A stretch of DNA of 64,000 nt from the NCBI GenBank assembly GCA_030390025.1, contig CM059433.1:31622001-31686000 (forward strand), read 5' to 3'. A program made the position numbers and the translations under genes. Origin of the DNA: Squalus acanthias. Its lineage: Eukaryota. The notes under the pieces were generated by a model. That model worked only from the letters and a program-made list of their open reading frames with translations. It did no database searches and was not told the origin of the DNA. Below, one piece after another: positions 1 to 12,951 of this stretch (position 1 is its first letter; every line of letters begins with the position of its first letter).

Positions 1-197
1 GGCGTCAAATCAGCATTGCACGATGATTGACGTCGCGATCTTCCCACTCAACATTCTTCCGGTGCACACTCCTAACGCCCGCCCTACCACTCTCACCAAG
101 ATGACGTCTAGCGTGGCACGCACTAAAAGTGTGCGCATGTGGTGCAGACGCCATTTTTGTCACAAAACGGTAACCGTAGCGCTGAAATATCGGACGC
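1..197. mobile_element. Terminal part of a Harbinger-type DNA transposon
   Basis: Similar by eye to 34960-35166 (aaatcagcatt..caccaagatg.cgtc.agcg..gtgtgcgca), which is the subterminal region of the transposase-bearing element there. Confidence 0.55.
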
Positions 198-867
198 TGC
201 AAAGCCGAATTTATAAGTCCAAAGTCACCTGTTCCGCCCAAACACTTCAGAAGAACGTAGTTAATATACCCAACAGAAATTGTTTTTTCCCAGAGACTAA
301 ACAAGCAATTGAATAGTTTGTTTGGGTAATCGGAAAACACCACTCATCTACTGTGTAGGAAAACGCTTTGATCTATGTATGTCTGTGAAATGGGTTAAGA
401 GAGACACAGATACCAAAAATGCAGTTGGGTTTTCGTAAACGGGACACTGTTCAACTAGGCAGCAAGAGGCTGAAAAATTCAGGAGACTGTAGGGAGTGGG
501 GGTTCTCCCCTGGCCTGTAAGACAGAACCCAGAGGAGTTAGTCTGTTTAAGTCAGGCAAGATGACCCACTGAAGTGGGATAATATAGTGCTGTTCATTAA
601 TGTTATGTCATTACACGGAGATAAGATAAATTGTTAAAAAAAGTGACTATGTTCATAACTATTGCTCTATTTGTTCACCTTACTGTGGAATAAAGCAATT
701 TATTGAGTAAAACCAAGCTTCAACTCATTCAGAGTTAACTCAGTATGCCTTTTGAAGAAATATACGGACAAAAGACATGGATATCTGGTTCAAGTTAATA
801 GTGGTTCCATTGTTACATCCCTGGATCCCACGGTCATACAAATTCATAATAGGGACCTTCTCAAAAG

Positions 868-1227
868 TGTCAGCCTTGGCTCAATGCACTCTCGCCTCTG
901 AGTCAGATGGTTGTGGGTTCAAGTCCCACCCTTGAGCAGAAAATCTAGGCAGACCCTCCTGTGCAGTACTGAGGAGGTGCTACACTGTCAGAGGTGAGTA
1001 TTTTGGATGACTGTCCTCTCGGGTGGATGTAAAAGATCCCATGGTATTATTCGAAGAAGAACAGGGGAATTCTCCTCAGTGTCCTGGCCAACATTTATCC
1101 CTCAATCAACATCCTAAAAAAAACAGATTACACATTGCTGTTTGTGGGACCTTGCCTGCGTTTCCAACGGTGACTACTACACTTCATTAGCTGTAAAGTG
1201 CTTTGGGGCATCCTGACATTGTGAAAT
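868..1227 (+). mobile_element. tRNA-head Deu-domain SINE (SacSINE1/AmnSINE-like)
   Basis: B-box ggttcaagtcc, Deu-like core (ggtggatgtaaaagatcccatgg..gtcctggccaacatttatccctca) and L2-like tail (gctgtaaagtgctttggg); related copies at 33045 and 56424. Confidence 0.75.
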
Positions 1228-1469
1228 TTCCTTATTTCCTTCCTTCCTTATCAAGCTATTTGGTGTGTATCATCTCACTCTGCTCAAATTCATCTTAGCC
1301 ACCAAATATAGAAACACAGTTATTTGTCCTTTGGATGTTTTATCTAGATGCCATATAATGTAACTTCCTTTTATGAAAAAGTAAAAGCAAGGTCAGTATT
1401 AATGAAAAATTTGTCTTCATCACTGAAGTACAGCAACAGGGTACAGTAAAGAGTGGTCCTAAAGACAAT

Positions 1470-2213
1470 GGCCCAGAAATTAAAGACGGAACCTTCCTGC
1501 GGGGGTAAGGCTTCCCCGCGATATCTCACTGCGCGCCTGCCTTTTCCTTCCGAGCTCACACGAACTTTACTTTCAAGACTGCAGCTGTGCAGTGCTTGCG
1601 TATCCCACAGACGCAGTTAATTCGTGCGAGCTGTGAGATCACGTGATTCAGTTAGAGCCAATGGCAGCACACCAGCTTTCATTCATAGTTTTCACAGCAA
1701 GGGCTGTAAAAGCTATGAATACTATACCCCCCCCAAAAGAACAGCTAAACCTCAATTAAATTAAAAAAAAAACATCACATTAATAAAATAAGTATAGTTA
1801 AATAAATTAACCACTTTAAACAAAAAATTAAATTTTTGAAAATTTTTTAAATCTTTTTAAAAGTTATAAAAATAAACTTACCTTTCTTTAAAGTCTCTAA
1901 AAAAGATATACCTGTTGAAAAAAATTCAAAATAATACTTAATTAACTACTTACCTTGTTAAAAGAGGGTCTTACGCCTCCTTTCTTTATGTGCAAAATCT
2001 TCCATGCTTACCTGCGCGTTCAAAGCACTAAGTGCACTGCGTGCGCGCAGCCTGTAGCGTGCACGCAGTTCACTTAGGAACCGCCCCCTTATGAAATCAC
2101 CAAGTGCCGGTTTTCAGCGCATGCGCAGTGCATGCAGAAAACCGGCAATTGGAGACAGAATACGCGAGAGTACACAGTGCGTACTCTCGCGTAGTGAGAC
2201 TAATTTTTGGGCC
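1470..2213. mobile_element. Non-autonomous TIR DNA transposon (PIF/Harbinger-type)
   Basis: TIRs GGCCCAGAAATTA / TAATTTTTGGGCC with 3-bp TSD AAT on both sides; AT-rich core and CpG-rich ends. Confidence 0.75.
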
Positions 2214-2464
2214 AATGTAACAACATTTTCAAACCACCATGAAAAGCTCTTTAAGCAATCGTGCAACACGTAATACCTTCTATAGTAAGATGAAACACTA
2301 ATGTTGATCTTGGCATGCAGCCATTTACTGGATTTTTTATTTACGTGATTTGCATTTACATGACGCAATGACATCAGATTGAAAATGAACAAGTATAAGC
2401 AGGCTTTCCTGGAAATGTCAGATCTTGTGTTACAGTCTGAGGCACCTGATGAATATTTGTCTAT

Positions 2465-3237
2465 TACAAAAGCAAAATACTGCAGATGCTGGAAATCTGA
2501 AATAAAAACAGAAAATGCTGGAAATACTCAGCAGGTCAGGCAGCATCTGTGGAGAGAGAAACAGAGTTAATGTTTCAGGTCGATGACCTTTCATCAGAGC
2601 TGGTAAAAGTTTAATATGTAACAGGTTTTAAGCAAGTACAGAGGCAGGGAAAGGGGGGGATGGGAGGCAAGAACAAAATGGAAGATTGGAAAGCAGTAGA
2701 GATTGAATGACGAAAGGGATGATGGTGCAAGCCAAACTGGGGTAGTAATGGGACAAGTAAAGAAACAAAAGATGGGTCTAGAAGAGGTGCAAATGGGAAT
2801 AGCAGAATCATCAACAGCTGCCGTTGAAAAAATGGGGGCAGAGGTTATGATCTGAAATTGTTGAACACATTGTTGAGTCCGGAAGGTGGTAAAGTGCCTG
2901 ATCGAAAGATGAGATACTGTTCCTCACGCTTACATTGAGCTTCATTGGAACAGTAGAAGGCTGAGGACAGAGAGGTCAGAGTGGGAGTGGAGCGGAGAAT
3001 TAAAGTGACAGGCGACCGGAAGTTTAGGGTCACGATTGCGGACTGAACGGAGGTGTTCCACAAAGCGGTCACCCAATCTGCGTTTGGTCTCCCCAATGTA
3101 GAGGAGACCACATCGTGAGCAGTGAATACAGTATACTAAATTGCAAGAAGTACAAGTAAATCACTGTTTCATCTGGAAAGAGTTTTTGGAGCCCCGGACA
3201 GTGGGAAAGGAGGAGGTAAAACGGCAGGTGTTGCATC
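2465..3237 (-). mobile_element. Penelope-like element 3' part (GIY-YIG endonuclease remnant plus pseudo-LTR)
   Basis: Minus strand encodes NLVYCIHCSRCGLLYIGETKRRLGDRFVEHLRSV and EEQYLIFRSGTLPPSGLN, followed by a 3' region with a hammerhead core. Confidence 0.85.
2565..2601 (-). ncRNA. Minimal type I hammerhead ribozyme motif, degenerate
   Basis: agct-CTGATGA-a-aggtc/atc/gacct-GAAA-ca-TT-aact; stem I has a mismatch and the ACGT palindrome has decayed to ACAT. Confidence 0.65.
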
Positions 3238-6200
3238 TATTTTGCTATTGTAGTCAACATCTGGATGTGTGTAATCTACAGCATATTATCATGAATGAGA
3301 AAAAAAAACTTACAAGGAAAACCTTGCCATAGCGTTTCCACTGAACCTTTTCTTGGGCAGTAATTAAAGTTTCAAGGTCAATTTCACTATTGTTGTTAGT
3401 CAGCCCTGGACGGTAAAGCAACTTTGGTCTACCTCTGCTTTGATTCCATAATGTATCATGGTTTGATTTCTTTCTTTCTAACATGGTACATATGGGGTTA
3501 AAAACAGATTAATTAACTGGAAATGGCTCAGAATGTATTGACGCAACGGCCCCAGAATATCGATGTCCATCCGGCCAGGCGTCTGAGGGAGGAGCCAAGA
3601 CATTCAATTCAAATATCAGCAGCTTGTGGCCTTTAATTGCACAAATGTTTGATTTTCAGCTGCTTTTGAGCTTAGCAGACGCACATTTAAATGGTGTTGC
3701 TCCCGGTCATTTTTTGAATAATATTTTTCAGCCTGTTTTGTTAAAATAGGGCAAAATAGGGCCTTCACAGAGAGAGATATACAGGACAGAGGTGCTCAGT
3801 GAACATTCAGTAACAAGTCACTATGTAATATTTAGCAAAAGCAAAAGCCATATGCTGTAGTCACTGAGACATAGAGGAGTTTATATATTATAGAGCCAGA
3901 CATTGAAGATACGTTCCACAATAACTAGGACCTATTTGTTATCACATTTCAGGCTTCCAACAAACATCCACAACTACTCTCATCAGGATTTGAGTGCAGC
4001 ATGCATGGGATCATTGCTAAGTATCCACTCTTGGGTTGGGTGGGGGAGGGGGGGGGGGTGCGGGAATGGTAGGAAGCTGGTTTTATTGACGGACCCACTG
4101 GTGAATCCCTGAATGGGAAAGAATTTGAATGCACAGCCCCTCTCCCTCCACTCCCTGTTGTCAGAAGTAACAAAAAGAAAAAGGGAAAGTCATGTTGATG
4201 TTCGTTTGGTTTCAGATTTGATAAAGGAGACAATGGGTGGACAGATTTCAATGGCTAAGAGAGAGCTGATTAGCCCTAGCAAGAGATGGTCAGATTCAGC
4301 AATAAGACTGACCAGGATAAAATAAGTGAGCTCAGTAATAGGGATAGTGCGGCAGCAGTTCATTATTTTATTTGCTACAAGGAGTGACACTGAATAAGGT
4401 CATAGGTGGTGTGAGCACACAGTGAATGTTTCCCTGTTAACATTTGCAAAGTGAACTAGTTTGCATTCAGCCTCTTTGCTTTAAACTGCCAATCAGTCTG
4501 CACATGGGGAACTGCATACAAGGAATAAATACAATCCAGTCCAGGTCACACTGCTCCCGCCCCGGGTTAGACAATGTTTAGACATTGGGCAGTAGGAGTG
4601 CACTCTTGAACGTAAGTTGCAGTGATCGCTTACAGGAGGGACTAGCATCACTGAACTCGAGAGAATATCTAAGGTAGACCAAAAACATTCCCATTAGGTA
4701 ATTTCTCACAATATAATTGACTGCATTGCATTACAACAGTGACTACACTTCAAAAAGTACTTTGTCAGCTGTGAAGCGCTTTGGGAGGTCCTGAGGTTGT
4801 AAAAGGCAAGTATTTTAAAAGAATCTTCCACACATTTTAAAAGAATCTAGGGATGAGATAGCAGAGGCACTATTACAGCTATTTAATAAGTCATTAAAAT
4901 TGGTGCAGTGCCAGAGGATTGCAGATAGCTAACATTATACCTATATTTAAGAAGGGAGATAGCACATGTCCAGGGAACTGGAGACCAGTCAGCTTAACAT
5001 CAGTAGTAGGAAAGATAATGGAATCCCTACTGAAGGAGAAAATAGAAAAACATCTAGAAACCAAAAATAGAATAATGAATAGTCAAAATTAATTTCAAAA
5101 GTTTTGCTTGACCAAGCTCAATTAATTATTTTAAGAGGCAACAGAGAGAGTAGACAAGGGTAATGCAGTAGATGTAATATATCTAGATTTCCAAAAGGCC
5201 TTCAATAAGGTACCACATAATAGACTAATGAATAAGGTCAGAGCATGCAGAGTCAGCAGACAAGTAGCAGAATGGATAGCTAGCTGGCTGAAAGACAGGA
5301 AGAAGAGTATAAGGGTAAAGAGTAGCTATTCAGAGGGGCAGAGGTAGGAAGTAGGGTCCCACAAGGATCAGTGTGGGGACCACTGTTGTTCACAATTTAT
5401 ATTACAATTTAGACTTTGGAATCAAAAGCACAATTTCTAACTTTGCGGATGACAACAAATCGGAAGGGATAGTCAGCACTGAGGAGGAGTGCAACAAGTT
5501 ATAAGAAGACATTAATAAACTTGCAGAATGGGCATATAATTGGCAAATTAATTTCAACATAGATAAGTGGAAAGGGTGGTAGAAGTTTGGAAATCTCTTC
5601 TGCAAACGACAACTGATGCTAGATCAATTGTTAATTTTAAATCTGACACTGATAGATTTTTGTTAAGCAAAGGTATTAATGATATGGGGCAAAGGCAGGT
5701 ATATGGAGTTAGGTCGCAGATCAGCCATGATCTCATTGAATGGTGGAACAGGCACAATGTGCTAAATGGCCTACTCCTGTTCCTAGGATCCTCTGTTCCT
5801 ATAAGTGTGAGATATTACATTTTGGTAAGAAAAATAAGGAGGTCACATATTAGTGGAAAATAAGAATCTAAATTGGGTTGAGGAGCAAAGGGATCTGGGA
5901 GTACAAACACACAAATCTCTAAAGGTTGCGAAGCAAGTCAATAAGAGCAAGAGGATAACTAAAGTAAGAGTCGGGTCTATTAGAGACCATAAAGGTAACC
6001 TGTGTGTGGAAGTAGAAGACATGGGTATGGTTCTTAATGAATACTTTGCGTCTGTTTTCACAAAAGAGAGGGACGATGCAGACATTTCAATCAGGGAGGA
6101 GGAGTGTGAAATATTAGGTGAAATAAACATAGTGAAAGAGGAAGTATTAAAGGATTTAGCATTTTTGAAAGTGGATTAATCCCCAGGCCCAGATGAAATG

Positions 6201-6278
6201 TATCCCAGACTGTTAAGAGAAGTAAATAGCAGAGGCTCTGACCATCATTTTCCAATCCTCTCTGGCTACAGGTGTGGT

Positions 6279-6803
6279 CATGATGCGGAGATGCCAGTGT
6301 TGGACTGGGGTGGACAAAATTGAGAGGTCGCACAACACCAGGTTATAGTCCAACAGTTTTATTTGAAATCACAAGCTTTCGGAGCTATCGATTGCTCCTT
6401 CCTCAGGTGAAGTAAATTAGATACAGAATCGCCAAAGCATATATAGATAGAAAACAAAGCATGTGTACCTTACAATTGCAGACCACTAAATTAAATCATC
6501 CTGACTATCTGCCGAGGTGTGATAAAGTTAATTAAGTCAGCCAGGAAGGTACCACATCAAAGACATAGCAAGATACAACTGAGACAATGAGGTGTAGTCG
6601 CAGGGGTTCTAACGTGTCAAAAGCTGCTGTCTGTATGTAAAACGAAAAGCTTTAAAATTTTTACTTTTTTACTGGGAAAATTTTTACTTTTTTACTGGGA
6701 ATCACATCTGTGAACAAGCTAACGACGACTCGAGTCCGGATCACGTCATGTATCGTGACATAAACCCAAGATCCCGATTGAGACCGTCTTCATGAGTGCG
6801 GAA
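6279..6803 (-). mobile_element. Penelope-like element 3' fragment inserted into a CR1
   Basis: Flanked by duplicated acaggtgtggt. Minus strand encodes FRTHEDGLNRDLGFMSRYM (C-terminus typical of the Penelope GIY-YIG domain), then a hammerhead and an AATAAA. Confidence 0.85.
6369..6410 (-). ncRNA. Minimal type I hammerhead ribozyme motif, core intact
   Basis: tcac-CTGAGGA-a-ggagc/aatcgata/gctcc-GAAA-gc-TT-gtga: stem I (tcac/gtga), stem II and palindromic AGCT in place of stem III. Confidence 0.8.
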
Positions 6804-8719
6804 CAGGTGTGGTGCCAGAGGACTGGAGGACTGCTAATGTGGTACCATTGTTTAAAAAGGGAGAAAGGGATAGACCGAGTAATTACAGGCCAGTCAGCCT
6901 AACCTCAGTGATGGGAAAATTATTGGAAAAAATTCTGAGGGACAGGATAAATCTTCATTTAGAAAGACATGGATTAATCAGGGACAGTCAGTGTGGATTT
7001 GTTAAGGGAAGGTCGTGTCTGAATAACTTGATTGAATTTTTTGAGGAGGTAACAAGGAGGGTTGATGAGGGTAGTGTGTTTGATGTAGTCTATCTTGAAT
7101 TTAGGAAGGCTTTTGATAAGGTCCCGCATGGCAGACTGGTCATGAAAGTAAAAGCCCATGGGATCCAAGGCAAAGTGGCAAGTTGGATCCAAAATTGGCT
7201 CAGAGGCAGGAAACAAAGGGTAATGGTCGCAGGGTGTTTTTGTGACTGGAAGGCTGTTTCCAGTGGGGTTCCGCAGGGCTCAGTACTGGGTCCTTTGCTT
7301 TTTGTGATATAAATCAATGATTTGGGCTTGAATGTAGGAAGTATGATTAAGAAGTTTGCAGATGATACAAAAATTGGCCGTGTGGTTGATAATGAAGAAG
7401 AAAGCTGCAGACTGCAGGAAGATATCAATGGACTGGTCAGGTGGGCAGAAAAGTGGCAAACGGAATTCAAGCTGGAGAAGTGTCAGGTAATGCATTTGGG
7501 GAGAGCTAACAAGGCAAGGGAATACACTATAATGGTAGGACACTAAGAAGTGCAGAAGATCAGAGGGACCTTGGAGTGCATGTCCACAGATCCCTGAAGG
7601 TAGCAGGACAGGTAGATAAGGTGGTTAAGAAGGCATATGAGATACTTGCCTCTATTAGCCGAGGCATAGAATATAAGAACAGGGAGGTTATGCTTGAACT
7701 GTATAAAACACTAGTTAGGCCGCAGCTAGTTCTGCGTGCAGTTCTGGTCACCACATTACAGGAAGGATGTGATTGCCCTAGAGGGGGTACAGAGGAGATT
7801 TACGAGGATGTTGCCTGGGCTGGGGAATTTTAGCTATGAGGAAAGATTGGATAGACTGGGGTTGTTTTCTTTGGAACAGGGGGGACCTAATTGTGGTGTA
7901 TAAAGTTATGAAGGGCCTAGATAGAGTGGATAGGAAGGACCTATTTCCCTTAGCAGAGGGATCAATAACCAGGAGGCATACATTTAAAGTAATTGGTCGG
8001 AGGTTTAAAGAGGATTTGAGGAGAAATTTTTCACCCAGAGGGTGGTGGGAGTCTGGAACTCACTGCCTGAAAGGGTGGTAAAGGCAGAGACCCTCATCAC
8101 ATTTAAAAAGTACTTGGATATGCACTTGAAGTGCCATAAATTACAAAACTACAGACCAAGTGCTGGAAAGTAGGATTAGGGTGGATAGCTCTTTGTCGGC
8201 CGGCACGGACAAGAAGGGCCGAATGGCCTCCTTCTGTGCTGTAAATTTCTATGATTCTATGAAGGCCATAACAAAAGCAAACTAAGCACTAGGGTTTATT
8301 TCTAGAGGGATAGAATTGAAAAGTAAAGAAATTATGCTAAACTTGTATGGAACCTTGGTTAGACCACACTTGGAGTACTGTGTGCAGTTCTGGTTGTCAT
8401 ATTATAAAAAGGATATAGAGGCACTGGAGAGGGTACAAAAAAGATTTACAAGGATGATACCAGAACTGCGAGGTTATATCTATCAGGAAAGTAGGAACAG
8501 GCTGCGTCTCTTTTCTCTTGAAAAGAGACGGCTGAGGGGTAACCTAATAGGGGTCATTAAAATTATACAAGGTTTTGATAGAGCAGACAGAGAGAATGTT
8601 TCCACTTGTGGGGAAGAGCAAAACTAGAGGACATCAATATAAGATAGTCACCAAGAAATCAAATATGGGATTCAGAAAAAAACTTCTTTATCCAGAGAGT
8701 GGTGAGAATGTAGAACTTT

Positions 8720-9110
8720 AAAAAAATTATTTGTTCATTGGATGTGGGCGTCGCTGGCAAGACCAGCATTTATTGCCCACCCCTAACTGCCCTTGTGAAG
8801 GTGGTGGTGAGCCGCCTACTTGAACCGCCACAGTCTGTGAGGTGAAGGTACTCCCACAGTGCTATTGGGGAGGGGGTTCCAGGATTTTGACCCAGCGACA
8901 ATGAAGGATCGGCGATATATTTCCAAGTCAGGATGGTGTGTGACATGGAGAGGAACTTGGAGGCGGTGGTGGTGTTCCCATGCGCCTGCTGCCCTGGTCC
9001 TTCTAGGTAGTAGAGGCCAGGGGTTTGGGAGGTGCTGTCGAAGAATCCTTGGCGAGTTGCTGCAGTGCATCTTGTAGATGGTGCACACTACTACCACAGC
9101 GGGTGGTTGA
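8720..9110 (-). mobile_element. 3' end of a second non-LTR retrotransposon family (CR1/L2 supergroup)
   Basis: CTIYKMHCSNSPRILRQHLPNP..FIVAGSKSWN; the same family occurs at ~29300-29540, 48510-48890 and 58410-59053. Confidence 0.75.
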
Positions 9111-9529
9111 GGCGAATAGTATAGATGCATTTAAGGGGAAAGTAAATAAGTGAGAGAGAAGGGAATAGAGGGTTAAACAGATAGAGTTAGATGAGGAAGG
9201 ATGGGATGAGGCTCAAGTGGAGTATAAACACTGGCATGGACTGGTTGGGCCGAATGGCCTGATTTTGTGCTGTATATCCTATGTAATTCTATGTAATAAA
9301 TGCAAGTTCTTTCTTCCTTTTGTATGAATGTAAGGTTGTGAAGAAGCTGACATATATCTACATTATAAAGCTATACACTTACTTCATCACTAAGGGATAT
9401 TTCTCCACCTACTAGAGGTAGCTTTTTAAGCACATCCACTAATTTACTACACCTAGTGCACAGAGTAAATCACCCCTCTACTCCCCATCCGCCTCAAGTG
9501 TCAGGTCCAGATTAATTCAGACAATTGCT

Positions 9530-10100
9530 ATTAGGAAAGCAATTAGGAAAGCAAATGGTATGTTGGCCTTTATTACAAGAGGATTTGAGTATAAGAGGAA
9601 AGACGTCTAACTGCAATTATATAGGGCCCTGGTGAGACCACACCTGGAGTATTGTGCACAGTTTTGGTCTCCTTACCTAAGGAAGAATGTACTTGCCATA
9701 GAGGGTGTGCAACAAAGGTTCACCAGACTGGTTCCTGGGATGGGGGATGGAGGAGAGATTGAGTAGACTAGGCCTATATTCTCTAGAGTTTAGAAGAATG
9801 AGAGGTGATCTCATTGAAACATACAAAATTCTGACAGGACTTGACAGGGTAGATGCAGGGAGGATGTTTCCCTTAGCTGGGGAGTCTAGAACCAGGGGTC
9901 ACAGTCTCAGAATAAGGGGTCAGCCATTTAGGACTGAGATGAGGAGAAATTTCTTCACTCAGAGGGTGGTGAATCTTTGGAATTCTCTACCCCAGAGGGC
10001 TGTGGAGGCTCAGTCGTTGAGTATATTCAAGACAGAGATCGATAGATTTTAGAATATTAAGGGAATCAAGGGATATGGGGATGGCGCAGGAAAGTAGAGA
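9530..10100 (+). mobile_element. CR1 LINE 3' fragment
   Basis: ORF 9705-10052 (LEFRRMRGDLIETYKIL..RRNFFTQRVVNLWNSLP). Confidence 0.9.
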
Positions 10101-11754
10101 TAAGAACATAATAACATAAGAAATAGGAGCAGGAGTAGGCCATTCGGCCCTTCGAGCCTGCTCCGCCATTCAATGAGATCATGGCTGATCTTCTGCCTCA
10201 ACTCCATTCACCGGCCCTATCGCCATATCCCTTGATGCCCTTACTAGTCAGAAATCTATCGACTTCTGTTTTGAATATACCCAATGACTGAGCCTCCACA
10301 GCCCTCTGGGGTAGAGAATTCCAAAGATTCACCATCCTCTGTGTGAAGAAATTTCTTCTGATCTCAGTCCTGAATGGCCTACCCTTTATCTTGAGGCTGT
10401 GGCCCCTGGTTCTAGACTCCCCAGCCAATGGAAACATTCTCCCAGCATCCACCCTATCAAGCCCTGTTATAATTTTGTATGCTTCAATGAGATCCCCTCT
10501 CATTCTTCTGAATTCAAGCGAATACAGGCCTAGTTTACTCAATCTCTTCTCATACGACAGTCCCGCCATCCCAGGAATCAATCTCATGAACCTTCGTTGC
10601 ACTCCCTCTATGGCAAGTATATCCTTCTTTAGATAAGGAGACAAAAATTGTACACAGTACTCCAGGTGTGGTCTCACCAAGGCCCTATATAATTGGAGTA
10701 AGACTTCTTTACTCCTGTACTCAAATCCTCTTGTAATGAAGGCCAGCATACCATTTGCCTTCCAAATGGCTTGCTGCAGCTGCACATTCACTTTCAGTGA
10801 CTCATGTACAAGGACACCCAGGACCCTTTGAGCATCTGCATTCCCCAATCTTTCACCATTTAGGAAATACTCTGCCTTTCTGTTTTTTCTACCAAAGTGG
10901 ATAACTTCACATTTATCCACATTATATTCCATCTGCCATGTTCTCGCCCACTCACTGAGCCTGTCGAGATCCCCTTGAAGCCTCTTCACATCCTCTTCAC
11001 AACTGACACTGCCACCTAGCTTTGTATCATCAGCAAACTTGGAAATGATACATTTAGTCCCCTCATCCAAATCGTTGATATAGATTATGAATAGCTGGGG
11101 CCCAAGCACCGTACATGCAGTACCCCACTAGTCAGAGCCTGCCATCCTGAAAAGACCCGTTTATCCCTACTCTTTGTTTTCTGTCTGTTATCCAATTCTC
11201 AGTCCATGCTAGTGTATTACCCCCAATTCCATGTGCCCTAATTTTGTTGACCAACCTCTTGTGTGGGACCTTATCGAAGGCCTTCTGAAAATCCAAATAC
11301 ACCACATCTACCGGTTCCCCTTTGTCTACTCCACTAGTTACATCCTCAAAGAACTCCAATAGGTTTGTCAAAGAGGATTTCCTTTCATAAATCCATGTTG
11401 ACTCTGCCCAATCTTACTATTAGTTTCTAAGTCCCCAGTTATTGCATCCTTTATAACAGATTCCAGCATTTTCCCAACTACTGATGTGAGACTAACAGGT
11501 CTGTAGTTCCCTGTTTTCTCTCTCCCTCCTTTCTTAAATAGCGGGGTTACATTTGCTATCCTCCAATCTGCAGGAACCATTCCAGAATCTATAGAATTTT
11601 GGAAGATGACAACCAATGCGTCCACTATTCCAATGGCCACCTCTTTCAAAACCCTAGGATGTAGGTCATCCGGTCCTTGGGATTTATCGACTTTTAGTCC
11701 CATTAATTTTGCTAGTACTGTTTTTTTACTGATAATAATTTCTTTAGAGTCATA

Positions 11755-12646
11755 GGGGGAGAAAATCAGTATCGCCCCATTTGGGGCGCAATTATCAGCC
11801 GGGCACAAAGATTAGCGCCTGGCGCTAATTATCGCCACCGACTGCAAACTTGACTTTTATCGCCCCTGGAGATGATTGGAGCGCTAAATCAGGCGCTTCA
11901 CACCTGTCTTAAGGTGCAAAGGCCGAGGAGCGAGGCGCTACCTCAGAACACTGGCGAAGCTCATGAGATGTCAGTCAGCAATGGAACACACACACAATGG
12001 CACGGGCCAGTTCTTAAAGGGGAGGGTTGATCTTGCTTTCCATCCACATCCTGCTCATTGCAACCTTGAATCTTGGCCTGGAGAGACCTGCACATCAAAT
12101 CTGCTGGAAAGAACAATGGAGAGTACCAGGGAAAGAGCTCAGAGTGCAGCCCCCATAGTCTCTTCTAAATCGATACAAGGAAGGGCAAATCAAAATGAGC
12201 CTGCAAAGTGCTGCTCAGTACCCAAAACTCTTTCACACAGCATTGAATCTCTCCAGAAGTCTCTCTCTCTCTCTCAGAATGCGTGGTTCAAAAATGTCAC
12301 CAACAATAAAAGGCAGGAAGCGGTCGCCTTTAAATAGCGCTCCCCCAATCCCTTCCTGACTGCAAAATGCTCCCCTCAACCTGTCGTTGCTAGCGTCAGG
12401 CGGTAAGGCAGGGGGCGTCATTCAATATCCGCTCCGGGGCGATACCAGGGCGTTGCGCACTCGACTGACGTCACGATCTACCGGCGCAGGAGATCGTGGC
12501 GGTAGTGTTTAGCGCCGCCGCAAAATGTCTAGTTAATTTTGCGAGCGGCGCAAACATCGCCGCGACCGGGGCGCTAGATGCTTTGCGCCCCATTAGCGCC
12601 CTCTTAAGGCGCTAACGGGAGGCGCAACCAACTGAATTTTTCCCCC
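11755..12646 (+). mobile_element. Harbinger-type MITE, copy 1 of 5 (~890 bp)
   Basis: TIR GGGGGAGAAAATCAGT / ACTGAATTTTTCCCCC, TSD ATA; highly similar to the other copies. Confidence 0.9.
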
Positions 12647-12951
12647 ATAGTGTTATACAGCACAGAAAGAGGCCCTTTGGCCCATCAAGCCCTGTGTAGT
12701 CTAATCCAATTTTCCAGCACTTGGTCCATAGCCTTGTATGCTATGGCGTTTCATGTGCTCATCTAAATGCTTCTTGAATGTTGTGAGGGTTCCTGCCTCT
12801 ACCATCCTTTCAGGCAGTGAGTTCCAGATTCCAACCACCCTCTGGGTGAGAAAGTTTTTCCTCAAATCCCCTCTAAACCTCTTGTCCCTTACCTTGAAAC
12901 TATGCCCCCTGGTTATTGACCCCTCTACTAAGGGGAAAAGTTCCTTTCTAT

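Larger units (their letters stand above)
4820..9297 (+). mobile_element. Composite of nested CR1 LINE fragments (RT and 3' ends)
   Basis: ORFs 6809-7312 (NYRPVSLTS..GVPQGSVLGPLLF), 7322-7546 (FADDTK) and 8316-8627 (RPHLEYCVQFW); ATTCTATG-type tails at ~8245-8261 and ~9275-9293; many stops and frameshifts. Confidence 0.9.

Noticed and set aside
198..840. Possible solo LTR (TG start, AATAAA at ~689, CA end)
   Set aside because: No matching terminal inverted bases or TSD could be established.
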